Part shown: positions 11,864 through 26,000 of the stretch, piece by piece | Numbering within the stretch: position 1 is the stretch's first letter | Layout: each line of letters begins with the position of its first letter | NCBI GenBank assembly: GCA_964016885.1 | Contig: OZ024742.1 | Location: forward strand, 298,406,001 to 298,470,000 | DNA: 64,000 nucleotides | DNA from: Eledone cirrhosa | Taxonomy: Eukaryota | Direction: 5' to 3' | The notes under the pieces: generated by a model | Told to the model about the DNA's origin: nothing | The model's database searches: none | The model's input: only the letters and a program-made list of their open reading frames with translations | Translations under genes and position numbers: made by a program

Positions 11864-13558
11864 TTAGTTTATGCTTTGCCGTTCACGTATATTACTATTA
11901 CACATCCAGCAGAGCATGCAAGCTTCGTTTCTCTCCAGTCTGCGTATATCCTCTGCACACAATGCCCAGGTCTCACTGCTATGTAACATTGCTGTTCGTA
12001 TGCAGGCATCATACAGCCTGCCTTTCATTTTTAGAGAGAACCCTTTAGCGGCCAATAGTGGTATAAGCTCTCTGAACTTTTTCCATCCCGTTCTGACTCT
12101 AGCTACTGTACTTTCAGAGCACCCTCCCCCACTGCTGATTTTGTCACCCAGGTAACGGAAGGTGTCTACTATTTCTATAGAACCATCTGTGCAATGGAAT
12201 GAGCTAGTATTCTGTGGGCACTTGCTGCTACTTATTGCACCAGAGCACCGGCCACATATAAAATCTATATTCTTAGTTAGCTTACCTGTGATCCCACTAC
12301 ATCTTTTATGCACCCATACTTTGCATTTGGTACATAAAATGGAGTTTCTGCCTACTTCTTCCCTACACACTGAGCATGGCCATTTCCCAGATGGGACCAG
12401 TGCCCTATTTTCCTTCCTACAAACTAGAACTTTAGTCTTAGACAAGTTAACTTTAAGGCCTTTTGATTCTAGGCCGTGCTTCCATGTTTTGAATTTCTTC
12501 TCTAGTTCAGCCATTGATTCAGCTATGAGCGTTAGATCATCTGCATATAGGAGTTCCCATGGGCAGCCGGTCTTGAACTCCTCTGTTATAGCCTGAAGGG
12601 CAATAATAAATAGTAGGGGACTAAGAACGGAGCCCTGATGAACACCAACTTTTACGCTAAACTCTTCACTATATTCGTTGTTAATTCTAGCCTTGCTGAC
12701 TGTTTCTTTATACATGGCTTGTATAGCTCTCACAAGCCATTCGTCAACACTTAGTTTTCTAAGAGCCCACCAGATAATGGAATGGGGGACTCTGTTGAAG
12801 GCTTTCTCCAAGTCAACAAAAGCTAAGTATAGGGGTTTACTTTTAGCTAGGTACTTCTCCTGTAGTTGTCGTACAATGAACAGAGCGTCTGTGGTACTTT
12901 TACCTGACACAAACCCGAACTGCATTTCATCTAGATCAATTTGTTCTCTGATTAGTTGCGCTATTACTTTTTCTGTGACCTTCATGACCTGGTCGATTAA
13001 TTTAATGCCTCTATAGTTACCCCTATCTAGGGCATCTCCTTTACCCTTGTAGCAGTTAATGATGATGATGCTACGCCAGTCCTTTGGAATGGCCCCATTC
13101 TGTATGACTTGGTTTACTATCCGTGTGACCATAGTGTGTCCCACCGTTCCAGATGCTTTCAGCATTTCAGCAACTATTTCCGAAGGCCCAGCCGCCTTAC
13201 CCGTCTTCATATCTTTGATTGCCTTACTTATTATACTACCTTCAATTAGCAGTGCTGGTCCCTCTATTGGATCGATGTGGGGGAGACTGTCTTTCTCCCA
13301 TTTATTCTCCTCATTTAGTAGCCTTTCGTAGTGACACTTCCAAGCTACCTTCTTATCAGCGTCAGTGATGGCAAGTACACCATCATCATTAAGGACACAC
13401 TTCTCCCCGACAATATCACGGTTTTCCTTGACATATTGCCTAGCAATCCTGAAAACCTCACGTTTTTGGTCCTCGCGTTGTAGAACATGCTTGAACTTTC
13501 TTTCCTCTGCTTCCCTTCTTGCGAAGTACACTTGTCTCCTAGCTTCCCTCCTGGCCAC
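11864..13558 (-). CDS. RTE reverse transcriptase (564-aa open segment) with PHD finger
   Basis: All RT core motifs including LLYADD; CSVC..CTKC..H..C..CGRC; premature stop near the C-terminus, remainder in 11591-11791. Confidence 0.9.
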   Translation of the reverse strand: MARREARRQVYFARREAEERKFKHVLQREDQKREVFRIARQYVKENRDIVGEKCVLNDDGVLAITDADKKVAWKCHYERLLNEENKWEKDSLPHIDPIEGPALLIEGSIISKAIKDMKTGKAAGPSEIVAEMLKASGTVGHTMVTRIVNQVIQNGAIPKDWRSIIIINCYKGKGDALDRGNYRGIKLIDQVMKVTEKVIAQLIREQIDLDEMQFGFVSGKSTTDALFIVRQLQEKYLAKSKPLYLAFVDLEKAFNRVPHSIIWWALRKLSVDEWLVRAIQAMYKETVSKARINNEYSEEFSVKVGVHQGSVLSPLLFIIALQAITEEFKTGCPWELLYADDLTLIAESMAELEKKFKTWKHGLESKGLKVNLSKTKVLVCRKENRALVPSGKWPCSVCREEVGRNSILCTKCKVWVHKRCSGITGKLTKNIDFICGRCSGAISSSKCPQNTSSFHCTDGSIEIVDTFRYLGDKISSGGGCSESTVARVRTGWKKFRELIPLLAAKGFSLKMKGRLYDACIRTAMLHSSETWALCAEDIRRLERNEACMLCWMCNSNIRERQSIN

Positions 13559-14049
13559 TTGATAGTCTTCTCTACTTCCCCCATCCTGCCATATTTTCCA
13601 AGCCTGCTTTTTGGCCTTAATTGACTCCTCGACCTTACTGTTCCACCACCAAGTTACTCTGCTCCTGCCTTTAGGTCTGCTCCACCCACAGACTTCATCT
13701 GCCGCTTTCAGCAGGTTAGCTTTTAGGAATTCCCACTGTTCTTCTATATTGTACGACTCTAATTGCTCTTCCTTACTGTCGAAAGCATCAAGTAATATGC
13801 TTTTAAATTTATTACTGGCTGTGGGGTCCTTTAGCTTCCATATTTTTCTCCTGAGGATGGTCCTCCTCTGTTGGCGAGTATGTCTTGTCCCGACTATGAG
13901 GTCGCTGACTATGAGTCTATGTTGGGAGGTGCATTCTTCATGGGGAGGGATTTAGTGTTTACAACAGACACTCTATCACGTCTTCTGGTAAGGATATAAT
14001 CTATCTGACTGGCGTGTTCCCCTGATCTATAGGTGATGAAGTAATTGTC

Positions 14050-14369
14050 TCATTTTTTGAAGTTAGTGTTACAGATAGTTAGGTTATTTGCGTCACAGAA
14101 TTTCAGGATTCTGGAGCCTTCCTCATTTCTAGTACCGAACCCATAGCCTCCATGGATTCCATCATAGCCGTCACAATGTTGTCCAACGTGACCATTTAGG
14201 TCGCCAGCAATAATTATGTAGTCACTGTCGGTTATTTGGAAGGTAGTGAGCATCAATGTCTCATAGAATATGTCTTTTATAGCGCCAGGCAGTCCGGATT
14301 GGGGTGCATACGCAGATATTACTGTCACAGTAGGTCTATTTAGGACAAGTCTTATTTTAATTATTCTGA
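14050..14369 (-). pseudogene. APE endonuclease fragment of the RTE
   Basis: RIIKIRL..VTVISAYAPQSG..IIAGDLNGHVG..GYGFGTRNEEGSRILKFC. Confidence 0.85.
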
Positions 14370-15749
14370 TATATATATATATATATATATACACATGCCC
14401 TGATGCTTCAGTGGATTTAATCAATTTAGTCATTTAAACACCTCTCTATCCCTTTTTATTCCACACATACATTCTTTCTCTCCCCACTCTCTCTCTTTCT
14501 CTGCATATGCTATGCTGTACCATGAGAACAGTTATAAGACCCCTTGCAACATGCCATTATTTTTCCAGAAATGAAGATAGGTTGAGTAAATGTGCAATCA
14601 ATCTTTTTCTCATTGAAACACTGACATGTTACTGAAACCCACCAAGTACAGCCCAATATGCAGTACAGCAGGAAACAGCAATAATATAATAAATAAAATA
14701 AAGAAACCAAAGTGCTGTAATTATGAGATATTTTAAACATAGTTTTGCATAATTTGTTGACTGTCAACAGTTCTTTATTTTGACATACTAAGAAAAAATG
14801 TTAAATTCCGAGTTTTTTTTTTTTTCAATTACTGTTTTTATTTACTTACACTTAAAACTGATTACAACCTACTTTATATATAAGGAATAATTTTACATAA
14901 TAAAATGTTGATACCAAAGTGCCTGAAACTGTCTCGGGATGGATTTATGTTACAAAACTATTTTATAATGTTTATATCTATTTAAAGAATGTTCATTATA
15001 ATTCTATGTAAGAATCTTTATTATATTCGAAACACCTACCTAATAATAAAAGAGTTTTATTTTCAAATACTATAAAAGAGTAAGTTATCAATTTGCTATG
15101 CCTTTGAAATGTGTTTGTCTAATAAAAGTATTTATATTTGCCTTATTTTAGGTAGAATTTCGCTAAATAATCTGGCTAATTGGTAGAGTTTTTAGAGCAT
15201 TGGAAAACATTTTTTGTGATGTATGTTCCAGTACTTTGTGCTCTAGTTCAAATTATACCAATATCATTTTTTTTTTTCTATCAGAGTCAAATAAAAGTAC
15301 CCATCTAGAGCAATAAGTTGGTTAGATTGTTAGGGAAGAAGGTGCAATGCCTTGCAATATCTGTTCCAGGTTTATTTGTTTATGATATTTGTTTGTGTTC
15401 TGAAGACAAATCTCATTGTGGCCTACTAGGCTGGTAAACTTAATCCATTGACCACCAACACCTACTAACCCTTGCAAGTATATGAACCAGGTCTCCAGTC
15501 TGAGTATGCCTTACCTCCTTCCTTCCTACCATCAGTCTCAGAGGCTCTGAAATAGGTTATGGGCACTGCCCTTCTTTTTCTCTTTAAATAGCAAGAATAA
15601 ATATGATTTTACAGTAAAGTAATATATTTCTATATGAATATTTTTATATAATTTGGTTGTTTAGATATTCTGTTTGTCTTTCTACTGCTTCTCACATTTT
15701 ATTTATAGAGAGAAATTAAAGCATTTTTACGTGAATTCATATAGTTTAA

Positions 15750-15862
15750 GAGTTAGGGAGTAGGCCTTGAGATCATGAAGTTATGATCTCAATTCCAAAA
15801 CTACGTGGTTCCTTGTTTTCTTGAGCAAAATACTTTATTTCCCATTGTTCCTTCTGCCAGGA
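15750..15862 (+). mobile_element. Degraded CORE-like SINE head
   Basis: tagtttaagagttaggg...tctcaattcc...ttgagcaaaatactttatttcccattgttcc. Confidence 0.45.
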
Positions 15863-17097
15863 GCTGCAACTGGCAGACAGTATCAGAAATGGAAAGACTA
15901 ATGGAAATATTATTCTTTGGTTTGCCTTGATGATCATCTTTTTTCTCCTTATCTTATTAATTTTTGTCATATATCCTTGTTTTAGATTTCTAGCTTTTCA
16001 ACTGGAACAAAACAAACCAAATGAATGGAATCAAAACCTAATATTATCATTTAGAATTTTCAAGAAAGGATTAAAATTTCACAATACTCTCTTTTATGTT
16101 AACTTACTAATTAAGAATTTAGAAGTAGCAAAATATGTTAAAGACAGACAATAATATGCTGCAAAATAGTGTGAAAATTGTAGAAGTAAATTTCTTCTCT
16201 TCTCTTTATATTCATGAGAAGCTATTTATTAGCTATTAGCCCCTTTGCCCTTTAATTATTCTACTTCGTAAACATGCCTCGGCAGTCTTTATTAAAGCTG
16301 AATATCTAATTAGAAACTGATTAATTATTTAAACACTCAGTGTAAAAGGCTGTCAGAATAGCAGAATCTAAAATCCTGAGGTTTCATTGTGGTTAGTATA
16401 ATGGAAATATTTCTGTCAATATTAAAGCTCTTCTCTATGAGACATGGACCAAGTGTACTTATATATTGTGATAGTGTCATGGTGCAGAATATTACATAAT
16501 GAAAAAAATAATATTTCAATTTGTTTATGTGGGAATTTTTACAATTTTTGTATTTAAATGCTTAGTCAGGGAAAGAATGGCAATAACCATGGCTCTTTCA
16601 GAGTCTGAGACAGGTAGGATGGAGATGGAGTGGTGTGACTTGAAACCAGAAATCTGGTTTGAATGGTTACAACAAATTGGACTCTGCTAAAGGCATTCAG
16701 AAGCCAAGTGGGGATATTAAACAAAATAATTAAGTTACTCATGATATTCTAATAAAACCCCTAATCCACCATTTTGTACTGGTACTATTTTTTACCAACC
16801 TCAAAAGCATGAGAGGTAAAGTTTTCCTCGACAGAGAGCTGGTACAAATGCTAGAATTCATTTTGTCAGTGTTGCATATTGTCTCTGCCAATCCTCCACC
16901 AATGTACTCCCCATCAGTCAAAGAGCAAAGAGATAAGAAGCTAAGTTATAGCACATCAAATGTACAGGATTACAAAATGTTTAGTTCAGATCTCTTTGAA
17001 ATATAGTATACAAGCAAAACGAATAAAAGATGAATTTTTTAATATGTGAAAATCAATATATATTTTCCTTCAATATTTATGAGTAACAAGAATGTTA

Positions 17098-17262
17098 GAT
17101 TGGCAGAATCATTACAGCATCAGTTAAAATGCTTTATAGAATTTTTTCTGATTCTTTATATTCTGAGTTCAATTTCTGTTGAGATAAACTTTGCTTTTCA
17201 GTTTTCTAGGATCAATAAAATAAAGTATTGATCAAGTAAAGGGTCAATACAACCAACTAATC
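17098..17262 (+). mobile_element. Degraded Nin-domain SINE (family 1)
   Basis: ttggcagaatcattacagc...ctgagttcaattt...ttgcttttc...gatcaataaaataaagt. Confidence 0.55.
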
Positions 17263-20200
17263 CTAGATTTCCTTTCACACTGAGTCTAGGTTGTGATCAA
17301 AATTTGAACATGCTCTGTTATACTCACTTATATGTTATTTTTATATAATACTGTGTGTCCAGTTTAAAATAGATACACTGTATTCCTGTGTGTTGTAAGA
17401 TACAACTAAAAGGGTTGCTACTAGGAAGGGCATCTGTCTGTAAAACCTTTGCCTTAAAAAGACTCTAATGATGCATATGATGGTGCCTGCATGGCTAACG
17501 GTTGCTTTAGTAGAGAAAATAGCCTTAAAACACTTATTGCTGATGTTGCTTATATATAAAATGTTTCTATTCCCCCTAATGTAAGAAACAATTTTTAAAT
17601 ATTGCACATTATAATGTGTATAACATCACTGATTATTTTGATATAAAAGTTCAAATATAATTATTATTTGTTAAAACTTTCATGACCATTAACAAAAGCC
17701 CCTTATATGAAACTATGTTGGAAAAGTTTAATTTAAATAGAAACTCTTTCAAATGACTAGTTTTATTTCACAAAAACAGAACCATTTTTGGATAATTTGG
17801 TATCAAACGGGATAACAAAGATTTTTGATTAAAAATTTGGAGACATCAGATGTTTGGAATACATGTATGCAGATGAGCTTTCAGAAAAAGGATTGAAAAT
17901 ATGTTTAAATTAAAACTAAAGTGGCCAAACCTGACACAAATGATAAGATAAGTGTGCATTCCCAAGAAGAGATATATATATATAGGGTGCCAAAGGTTAA
18001 AGACGTTATAGAAGTGTACTGACAGTAGACATAGCCAAAAGATTAATCAGATATCTAAATGTATTTCTGAGTATTATTTTGTTCATTGACGACTTTACTT
18101 TATTTTGTTAAACAAAATATATATAGGTGATTTGCTGAATGTACCATCTTAACTTTACTAAAGACTATGCAAAACTGGTATTAGACCAAGTCCAGGTGGG
18201 ATGTGTAGGCCCCAAAGCTGGTAATAGACCCAGGCAAGATGTAAAATGTAGGCCCATTTCAAGTGGCTCACTAATTAGCTTAGCAATGAGTGCTAAATAC
18301 ATGATTTATGTATGGGTTGCAGGCACATGTAATGTAAATGGTGTTCTTACAGGTTTCAGAACAAAATAAAAGCATTAGAACTACAAAAGAGTAAAGGAAA
18401 AGAGAGTAGCCGATTGTCATTCAAATTAAACAATTTCTACTTCCATTGATCTTTCCATTTCTGCTTTTATATGTAGCTTGCATTTCCTGGCAGAAGAATC
18501 CCTGCTTTTCCAATGACAGGAGGCAAGATTTGAACTCAGATTGCAAAGAGATGGAATAGATTCACACAAAGAACTCTATCCCATTATTTAACAATTCAGC
18601 TAATACTTTATTTATTGACCCCTAAAAGGTTGAAAGGCAACGTTGATCACATCAGAAATTGAACACAAAATGCAGAGAACCAAAATAAATACCAGGATGT
18701 TTAAGCTAATTCTCTAATGACTCTCATAATCCACCTTTCATATTTTTAATAAAAAATCTGCTTGTCATTTTCAAATAAGTCTGAAGGGGCCTAAAATTTT
18801 GAAGGGGTTAAATAACTAACATTCTCATTATTAAGTTGTTGTTTGCAACATAACTCAAAAATTATGATGAAAGTTTTTTTAAATATATATTACAAATTTT
18901 TTTTTTTTATCAGAGAACCAGGGCAAGTTTTAGGTAAATTCAAAAGCAGTTAAGTGTATTCAGATGTCTAGTATATTAGTGACTAAAGTTTCAATTGGGA
19001 CATTTTATCAGAGAATATATAAATATAGAAGCGACATTATGACTTATGTTTTGTTTATATTTGAAGTATGTAGTGTTTGTGCTTTGGTGCTGAGTTTCAA
19101 CACCACCCAATGCAGGATGTTTTGAAAGCTGTAATTTATAGATGGCAGCTGCCATTGAGAAAGTAAACAATGTCCATACATAAGTTCCATTAAAAATGTA
19201 TCAGTAGTAGATGTATTCATTTTTTGGTTAGTCAACTTCTCTGACACTTATATGAATGAAGGAGGAGGGTATCCTTAAATATGAGACCTGACTCCAGAAT
19301 GCTTGCAACAATGTGAACTCTGCTAAAAGCACCCAAAGATCAGGTATTAGTGTTAAACCAGGTGACCAATTAAGTCTACCACCCCAATAGGCCCCAACAG
19401 GATTTAAAATCAGAATACAAAAAGCTGGAACAAATGCAAGACATACCATCAAACACTAACAATTCCACCTGTAAACTGCCCTGAAAGGATGAAAGGCAAT
19501 GATATAAGTCAGAATTTAATTCAGCTAATGCTTATTTGACCAGTGAATACTGCTAATATAAAATGAAACATTTTAAATACTATAAAATTGTCTTGAGTTA
19601 TCTCTTCTGTTGGCTACTGGCCACAACCATTAATAATTCTACCAAAGAAATATCTTCCCTGACACAATGAAAACAAATAAATAAAAGAAAACTGTTTATG
19701 ATGTTAGTCAATACACTGATTCACATATATCTGCTATGCATTTGATTGATTAACTTCTCACCAATGTTTGCACTCTAGCCAAACTATGTTACATTCCAGT
19801 TTCACAGGAATGTAAATAACAAGTGCACTAAGATCATAAACAGAATCGTTAAAGTCATATCAATAAAAGTATTAAGATTAATCACTTCATAATTTATTTT
19901 TATATCTATACTGAACAATAACAACAACAATTTTGCATCTGTTTTTTTCCATGTTTTCATGGGTCAGACAAGACTTTATACGGCAGGTTTTCTATGGCCT
20001 AATTTCCTTCTTGACACCAACCCGTACATTATTTTAAGTATGAAAAATATAAGAAGGACATGATTTAAGTAACATATATGTAGTATAAAAAATTAACTCC
20101 ATTAATCCCTTTAATGTCAAGCCTCCTGATACCACCCATACTAAAATATTCATTATCCTCATTTTAAATCTGCATTCCATGCTCATAGCCTGAGACTAGA

Positions 20201-20959
20201 TGGGTCAGGGAACCATATCATGCTCATATTTTTCATATATTGGCATACTTTGATGCCTGGATGCCCTTCCTAATGATAACCACTTTGCATTTATATTATT
20301 TAAAGACATTCTAGCCTCTACCTCACATCCTTTTAGGGGATCATAGGACTGCATTATCTAACATGTCATTTTCTTATTTAAGGCAGTATTGAGTGAATTA
20401 CTAGAAATGTGCCTGTTATTTCTAATAGGAACAATCAATTATATAAAAACTCTTTCATTATCTCATTCAATATTAAATTAAAAGTCAGATGCATCGTCTG
20501 TAAGGCAATCAGAGTCATGGGCATTGTTCAAGATTACACCATATTACTATGCAGAATGCTCCCCTGAGGAATTTTATTCAACCACATTGTTGATATTCAT
20601 AAGCAGTATCACTAAATTCCATCTGTCAAAAAAGTATTTTATTTTATTTTTTCATGGGAAGTAATGATGTTAGGGTGACAAAAGTGTGCAAATCAGAGCC
20701 ACATATATTTATTTATGCACATGTGTGAATTTTGGCAGGCACACTGGTTGCAATTACTCACTGTCAGGAAGTCAGCAAGTGAGTTGCTGAACTACATACT
20801 CATCACATATTTGTTTCACCCGATATTGCCATAAAAAAATCTTAAGTTCCTGAATACCATGAAAACTATAGATGAGATGTGTGTCTATGTGTATGAACTG
20901 AAAACCAGAGCTCAGTCATCATAGTGGAAACATCAAATGTCACCAAGGCCCAATAAAGC

Positions 20960-21664
20960 AAGCCATATACGAACAGCAATGTTACATGGTAGTGAGACCT
21001 GGGCGTTGAAGGTGGAAGACTTATGTAGATTAGAAAGAAATGAAGCCTGCATGCTCCGATGGATGTGTAATAGTAATATACGCGAATGGCAAAGCATAAA
21101 TGAATAGAGAGAGAGACTGAGCATAAGAGGAATCAAATGCTGTGTGCAGGAGAGGCGGTTGCGTTGGTATGGACATATGATGAATATGAAGGGATGACAG
21201 CTGCATAAAAAGGTGCAGAGCACTAGAAGTCATTGGAAACCGCGGAGTGGGGAGACCCAAGAAGACTTGGGGTGAGGTGATAAAAGCCGACCTTACCCAA
21301 TTACACCTCTCAAAGGCGTCACACAGTAATACAGAGTACCCAACCTCCCATGGGTACAAGCTGAAGCATATAGACAATATGCCCCCACACCCTCCCACTG
21401 CAAAGTGGTCGTGGAGGTGCCACGGCAAAAAAGCACCCAGCCCACACTGTAAAGTGGACGTGTAGGCTCCACGGAAAAAAGCACCCAGCACTCACTGTAA
21501 ATGAGGTTGATGTTAGGAAGGGCATCCAGCTGTAGAAATCAAGCCAAATCAGTTCCTGTATGAGCAGGGCATAGTCAGCCAACCAGACACTGCCCACAAC
21601 AGGACAACCTGTCTAACCCATGCTAGCATGGAAGAACGGATGTAAAACGGTGATGATGATGATG
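20960..21664 (+). mobile_element. Degraded RTE 3' fragment with bipartite RTE-type tail and (GAT)n
   Basis: IRTAMLHGSETWALKVEDLCRLERNEACMLRWMC...GRPKKTW, then aggaagggcatccagctgtagaaa and gatgatgat. Confidence 0.8.
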
Positions 21665-23089
21665 TATGAAGCAAAACGAAAATGATGCTGGCTGTTTTCT
21701 TTGACTATGAAGACGTCACCAGATTGACAAAGAGTTACAAAGAGGTACTATCAGAAAGTTTCCCAATGTAGCTTTCTTGATGTAGTTCAGAACAAGAGAC
21801 TGGATCTCTGGACCTTGCAAATTAGCAGCTGCATCATGATAATGCTGGAGCCTATTTGTTGAATCTGATCTAGAGTTTCTTGGACATGTATCCTTTTTCA
21901 CTTCTTTAAGTGCCAAAAACCCACCATTTGGATTCGAAGTATCATTGGGCTAAGTATGATATTGCACAAGGGGCTTAGATTGAAGGGGATTAGCAATTGA
22001 ACCTCACCAAGTACGTAATTTTTTTTCCCAGCCTAAGGTCACATACTTTTTTGACAGACCTTACATGTTAATTACTTTTAGTTTTGCCAACTGAGTAAAA
22101 CATACTTCACTGAAGAGATCTAATAAGACTGAAATATGTCAGTTGCTTTCACCCACTGACTTTAAAGAATAAGGCACACTAAAGTCTGCATCACTATTTT
22201 CTAAAAATGTCAACAAGCTGTTCATATTGGAATTATCATCTTTGCTTGCTGTTTTTCTTTTAGATTTTAAACATCTCTAGGAGTTTTTATCTATTGATTT
22301 CAATAGATAATCTCAGTTTGTCTTTGTTTTTAGAAACATTCAACATATTTAAGTTATCACCCTTACTTTTTTTTTTTTAGATTATAAACATCCCTGAGTG
22401 AGACTTTGATTAACTGAGATTATGCATGCCATTAATAGATAGTTCTTCAGTATTTCATTTCACTATATAACATATGTGAAACAGTACGATAGGTATGTTA
22501 TGCTTGAATTGTTGACTGATCAGAATTAGATTTCTGTAAGTCATATATAATTTGACATCATAAATCAATTTATTTCAAACTATATTCCACTCAGGGAGTG
22601 TAACATTTCTAATGACTACATATCTGCCTGTCATATTTATAGAAAATAACATCAAACACTAGACAGGAAGCATTTTAGCCATACATTCACATATGTGTGT
22701 GCTTGCATACTTTTGAATGTTTGTGTGCTCCTGCGTCTTTGCATGCATGTGTGCTTGTGTGTATGCATGTAAGTATATGTGCATGCATGTGTACCAGCTT
22801 TTAGAATATTTTCTGTTTGTGAAAGAGAAGAGGGCAATCCCCATAACCTATAGCAGGGCCTCTGAGACTGGTGAGAGATAGAGAGAAAGGTACTCTTAAG
22901 CTGTAGATCTGGTTTAAATATTTCCAGAAAAGGGAACTTTGCTAAAGGCACACAGTTTTGGTTAGTCATGATAAACTTAGTGACAAATTAAGCCCACTAT
23001 CCAAAAACTTAAGTCTACAACCCAACATTAAGCCTGCAATCTATCACTACAAGTCATAGGACGTGACTAAATAGAGTGGCATTTTATAT

Positions 23090-26000
23090 ATATAGTCCAT
23101 GCTGTAAAATGCAGAGGTAGAGAGGGCTCCTGAGTCCAGTAAGACAACCTCTCTAGTGTTGGTAGCACGAATAAAAGCACCCAGTCCATGCTGTAAAATG
23201 GTGCTGGTGTTAGGAAGGGCATCCAACCAGTATATATTAATGCCATAAACTATGATCACAAGAAATGAGAGTTGCAACAACTGCGTAAACAGCAATAACT
23301 CTAACCATGTTAGGGCTGCACACGGTAGTGGGATGGCTGGTGCAGCCATGTACGAGAACCCCTTGACCGTCGTCAAGCAATTGCACAACAACAACAGCGT
23401 AAACAGCAATAACACTAACCATGTTAGAGCTGCGCATGGTAGTGGGGTGGCTGGTGCAGCCATGTGCAAGAAAACTCCGACCATCATCAGGCAATTGCAC
23501 AACAGGAACAAGAACAAGAATATGAAGACATCGCATCTCAGAGTTGCCACACTCAATGTTGGCACTCTAACAGAAAGATCTAGTGAGATAGCTGGGATGC
23601 TGGAGAGAATACATGTGGATGTGTGCTGCGTGCAAGAGGTGAGATGGGGAATTGCCTCTGCAAGACTAATCACAGGCAAACATCGTAGTTATAAGCTTTG
23701 CTGAGTGGGTAATGATGATGGGTTAAGGGGAGTAGGCATTTTACTGGCTGAGAGATGGATCGATAAGACAATAGAGGTAATTCGAGTTAATAATAGAATA
23801 ATTAAGCTTAGATTAGTTGTAGGCAAGAGACTACTGACAATCATCTTTGCCTATGCTTCCCAAGTAGGCCTAGGTAAAGAAGAGAAAGACTGCTTTTCCG
23901 AGCAACTTTTAGAAACAGCCGCAATGACAGAGGAAGGAGACATTGTTATGCTAGCAGGGGACTTCAAGGGTCATGTTGGACAGCTCCAGGATGATATACT
24001 GGGGTTCATGGTGGTCATGGTTATGGCTCAAGAAATGAAGAAGGAGTGAGGCTTCTTGAATTTTGTGATGCAAGTGCACTAACCATTCGCAACACTAACT
24101 TCCAGAAACCTACCAACCACCTAATAACCTACAAATCAGGCGAGCACATAAGCCAGATTGACTTCTTGCTAGTTAGGCAGCGAGACAGACAGATGGGGTC
24201 AAATACTAAGGCATACCCCGGGGAAGAATGTACCCCACAGCATAGGTTAGTTGTTAGTGACATCTCAGTAAGCAAGAGACAAAATGAGACATACAAGAAG
24301 GTGTGGAGAAGAAAGGTCTGCAAGCTAAAAGACCTTTCACTAAAATATATATTTAGGAAAGCCCTTCAAGATTTGTATGACGAAAAAGAAGACGATTTAG
24401 AATTGTATGACATAGATGATAACTGGAATTTCTTATGTGACAACTTACTGCAGGCTACTGAAGAGACTTATGGCTGGAGCAGAGCTCTGACCAGACAGAG
24501 AGTGACCTGGTGGTGGAACAGACAAAATACTAGCATGGAATGCTTTGAAAAAAACATGGTGTGAGTAGAGACGGATACACAGCCGCTAAGAGAGAAGCTA
24601 GACGTCAGGTGTACTTAGCACGCAGGGAGGCTGAGAGTAGGAGGTTTGCCAATGTTCTGCGACGGGAAGATCAGAGACATGCGGTGTTCTGCATTGCAAG
24701 GCAGTGTATTAGTGTAAATCAGGATGTTGTTGGAGATAAGTGTGTCCGGAATGATGCTGGTGTATGAAGGCATCAGGAGAAGTAGGTACTAAACTGGTTG
24801 CATGCATCGTCAATCAAGCTATATATGGTGGTGTCATACCCAAAGACTGGTGCAGCAGTATTCTCATAAATTGCTACAAATGTAAAGGGGATGCTCTGGA
24901 GAGGAGCAATTATAGGGGCATAAAGCTGATGGATCAGGTTATGAAAGAGCCAGAAAGAATATTAGCACAACTAATTAGAGAAAGGGTCAAATTAGATGAG
25001 ATGCAGTTTGGTTTTGTGCCTGGAAAAAGTACAACAGATGCCCTTTTCTTAGTGAGACAACTACAAGAGAGGTTCTTAGAGAAGAATAAGGCACTATACT
25101 TAGCTTTTGTTGACCTAGAGAAGGCCTTTGATAGGGTACCCCGATCTGTCATCTGGTGGTCCCTAAGGAAACTAGGTGTAGAGGAATGGCTTGTGAGGAC
25201 TGCAAGCTATGTACAGAGGTGCTGTCAGTAAAGTGAGAGGAGGAATGGAGTTTAGTTAGGAATTCCAGATACAAGTAGGAGTACATCAGGGTTCGGTCCT
25301 CAGCCTGCTCTTGTTCATTATAGTCCTCCAAGCCATAACAGAGGAGTTTAAGACTGGTTGCCCATGGGAACTTCTCTATGTAGCAGAATCAGTAGAGGAG
25401 CTAGAGAAGAAATTCTGGCTATGGAAACAGCAGTTGGAATCAAGAGGACTGTGAGTGAACATAGCTGAGACAGAAGTGTTGATAAGTAGAAAAGAGGACA
25501 AAACTCTGATTCCATCAGGGAAATGGCCATGTTCGATATGTAGAAAAGGAACTGGCATAAATTCTATAAAATGTACACAATGCAGATCTTGGGTACACAA
25601 GAGATGTAGTGGGATAGCAGGCAAACTAACAGGTAGGGAAAACTACGTATGCAGTAGATGTACAGGGAAATTTGACAGTAGTAATCGCACTGACAGACAC
25701 ATTTTTCAATGCAGGTGGGTTCTATAGAAATGGTTGATAGCTTCCGGTACCTAGGTGATCAGATTAGCATGGGAGGGGGGTGTTCCGAGGCCATAGTATC
25801 TAGAATAAAGACGGGTTGGAAGAAGTTTAGGGAGCTGCTTCCTCTGCTGATGAAGAAGGGTTTCTCCCTGCATATGAAAGGCCGGTTATATGATGCCGAT
25901 GCGCGATGCTGCATGGTAGTGAGACATGGGCAGCAACTGCGGAGGATATGCGACGGCTGGAGAGAAATGAAGCAAGCATGCTCCATTGGATGTGCAATAT

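Larger units (their letters stand above)
11206..14369 (-). mobile_element. RTE-clade LINE family A, 5'-truncated within the APE endonuclease, frameshifted
   Basis: APE motifs (ISAYAPQ, AGDLNGHVG, CNTNFKK), RT (YRGIKL, QFGF, FVDLEKAF, GVHQGSVLSP, YADD), 3' UTR and (GAT)n tail; both ends abut (TA)n. Confidence 0.95.

Noticed and set aside
11871-13955. Plus-strand ORFs overlapping RTE copies (also 1332-2000 and 40743-41243)
   Set aside because: Antisense shadows of the RT coding frame.
22105-22146. CTGAAGA...GAAA tatg TC hammerhead-like motif
   Set aside because: Stems I and II do not pair properly; at best a decayed copy.
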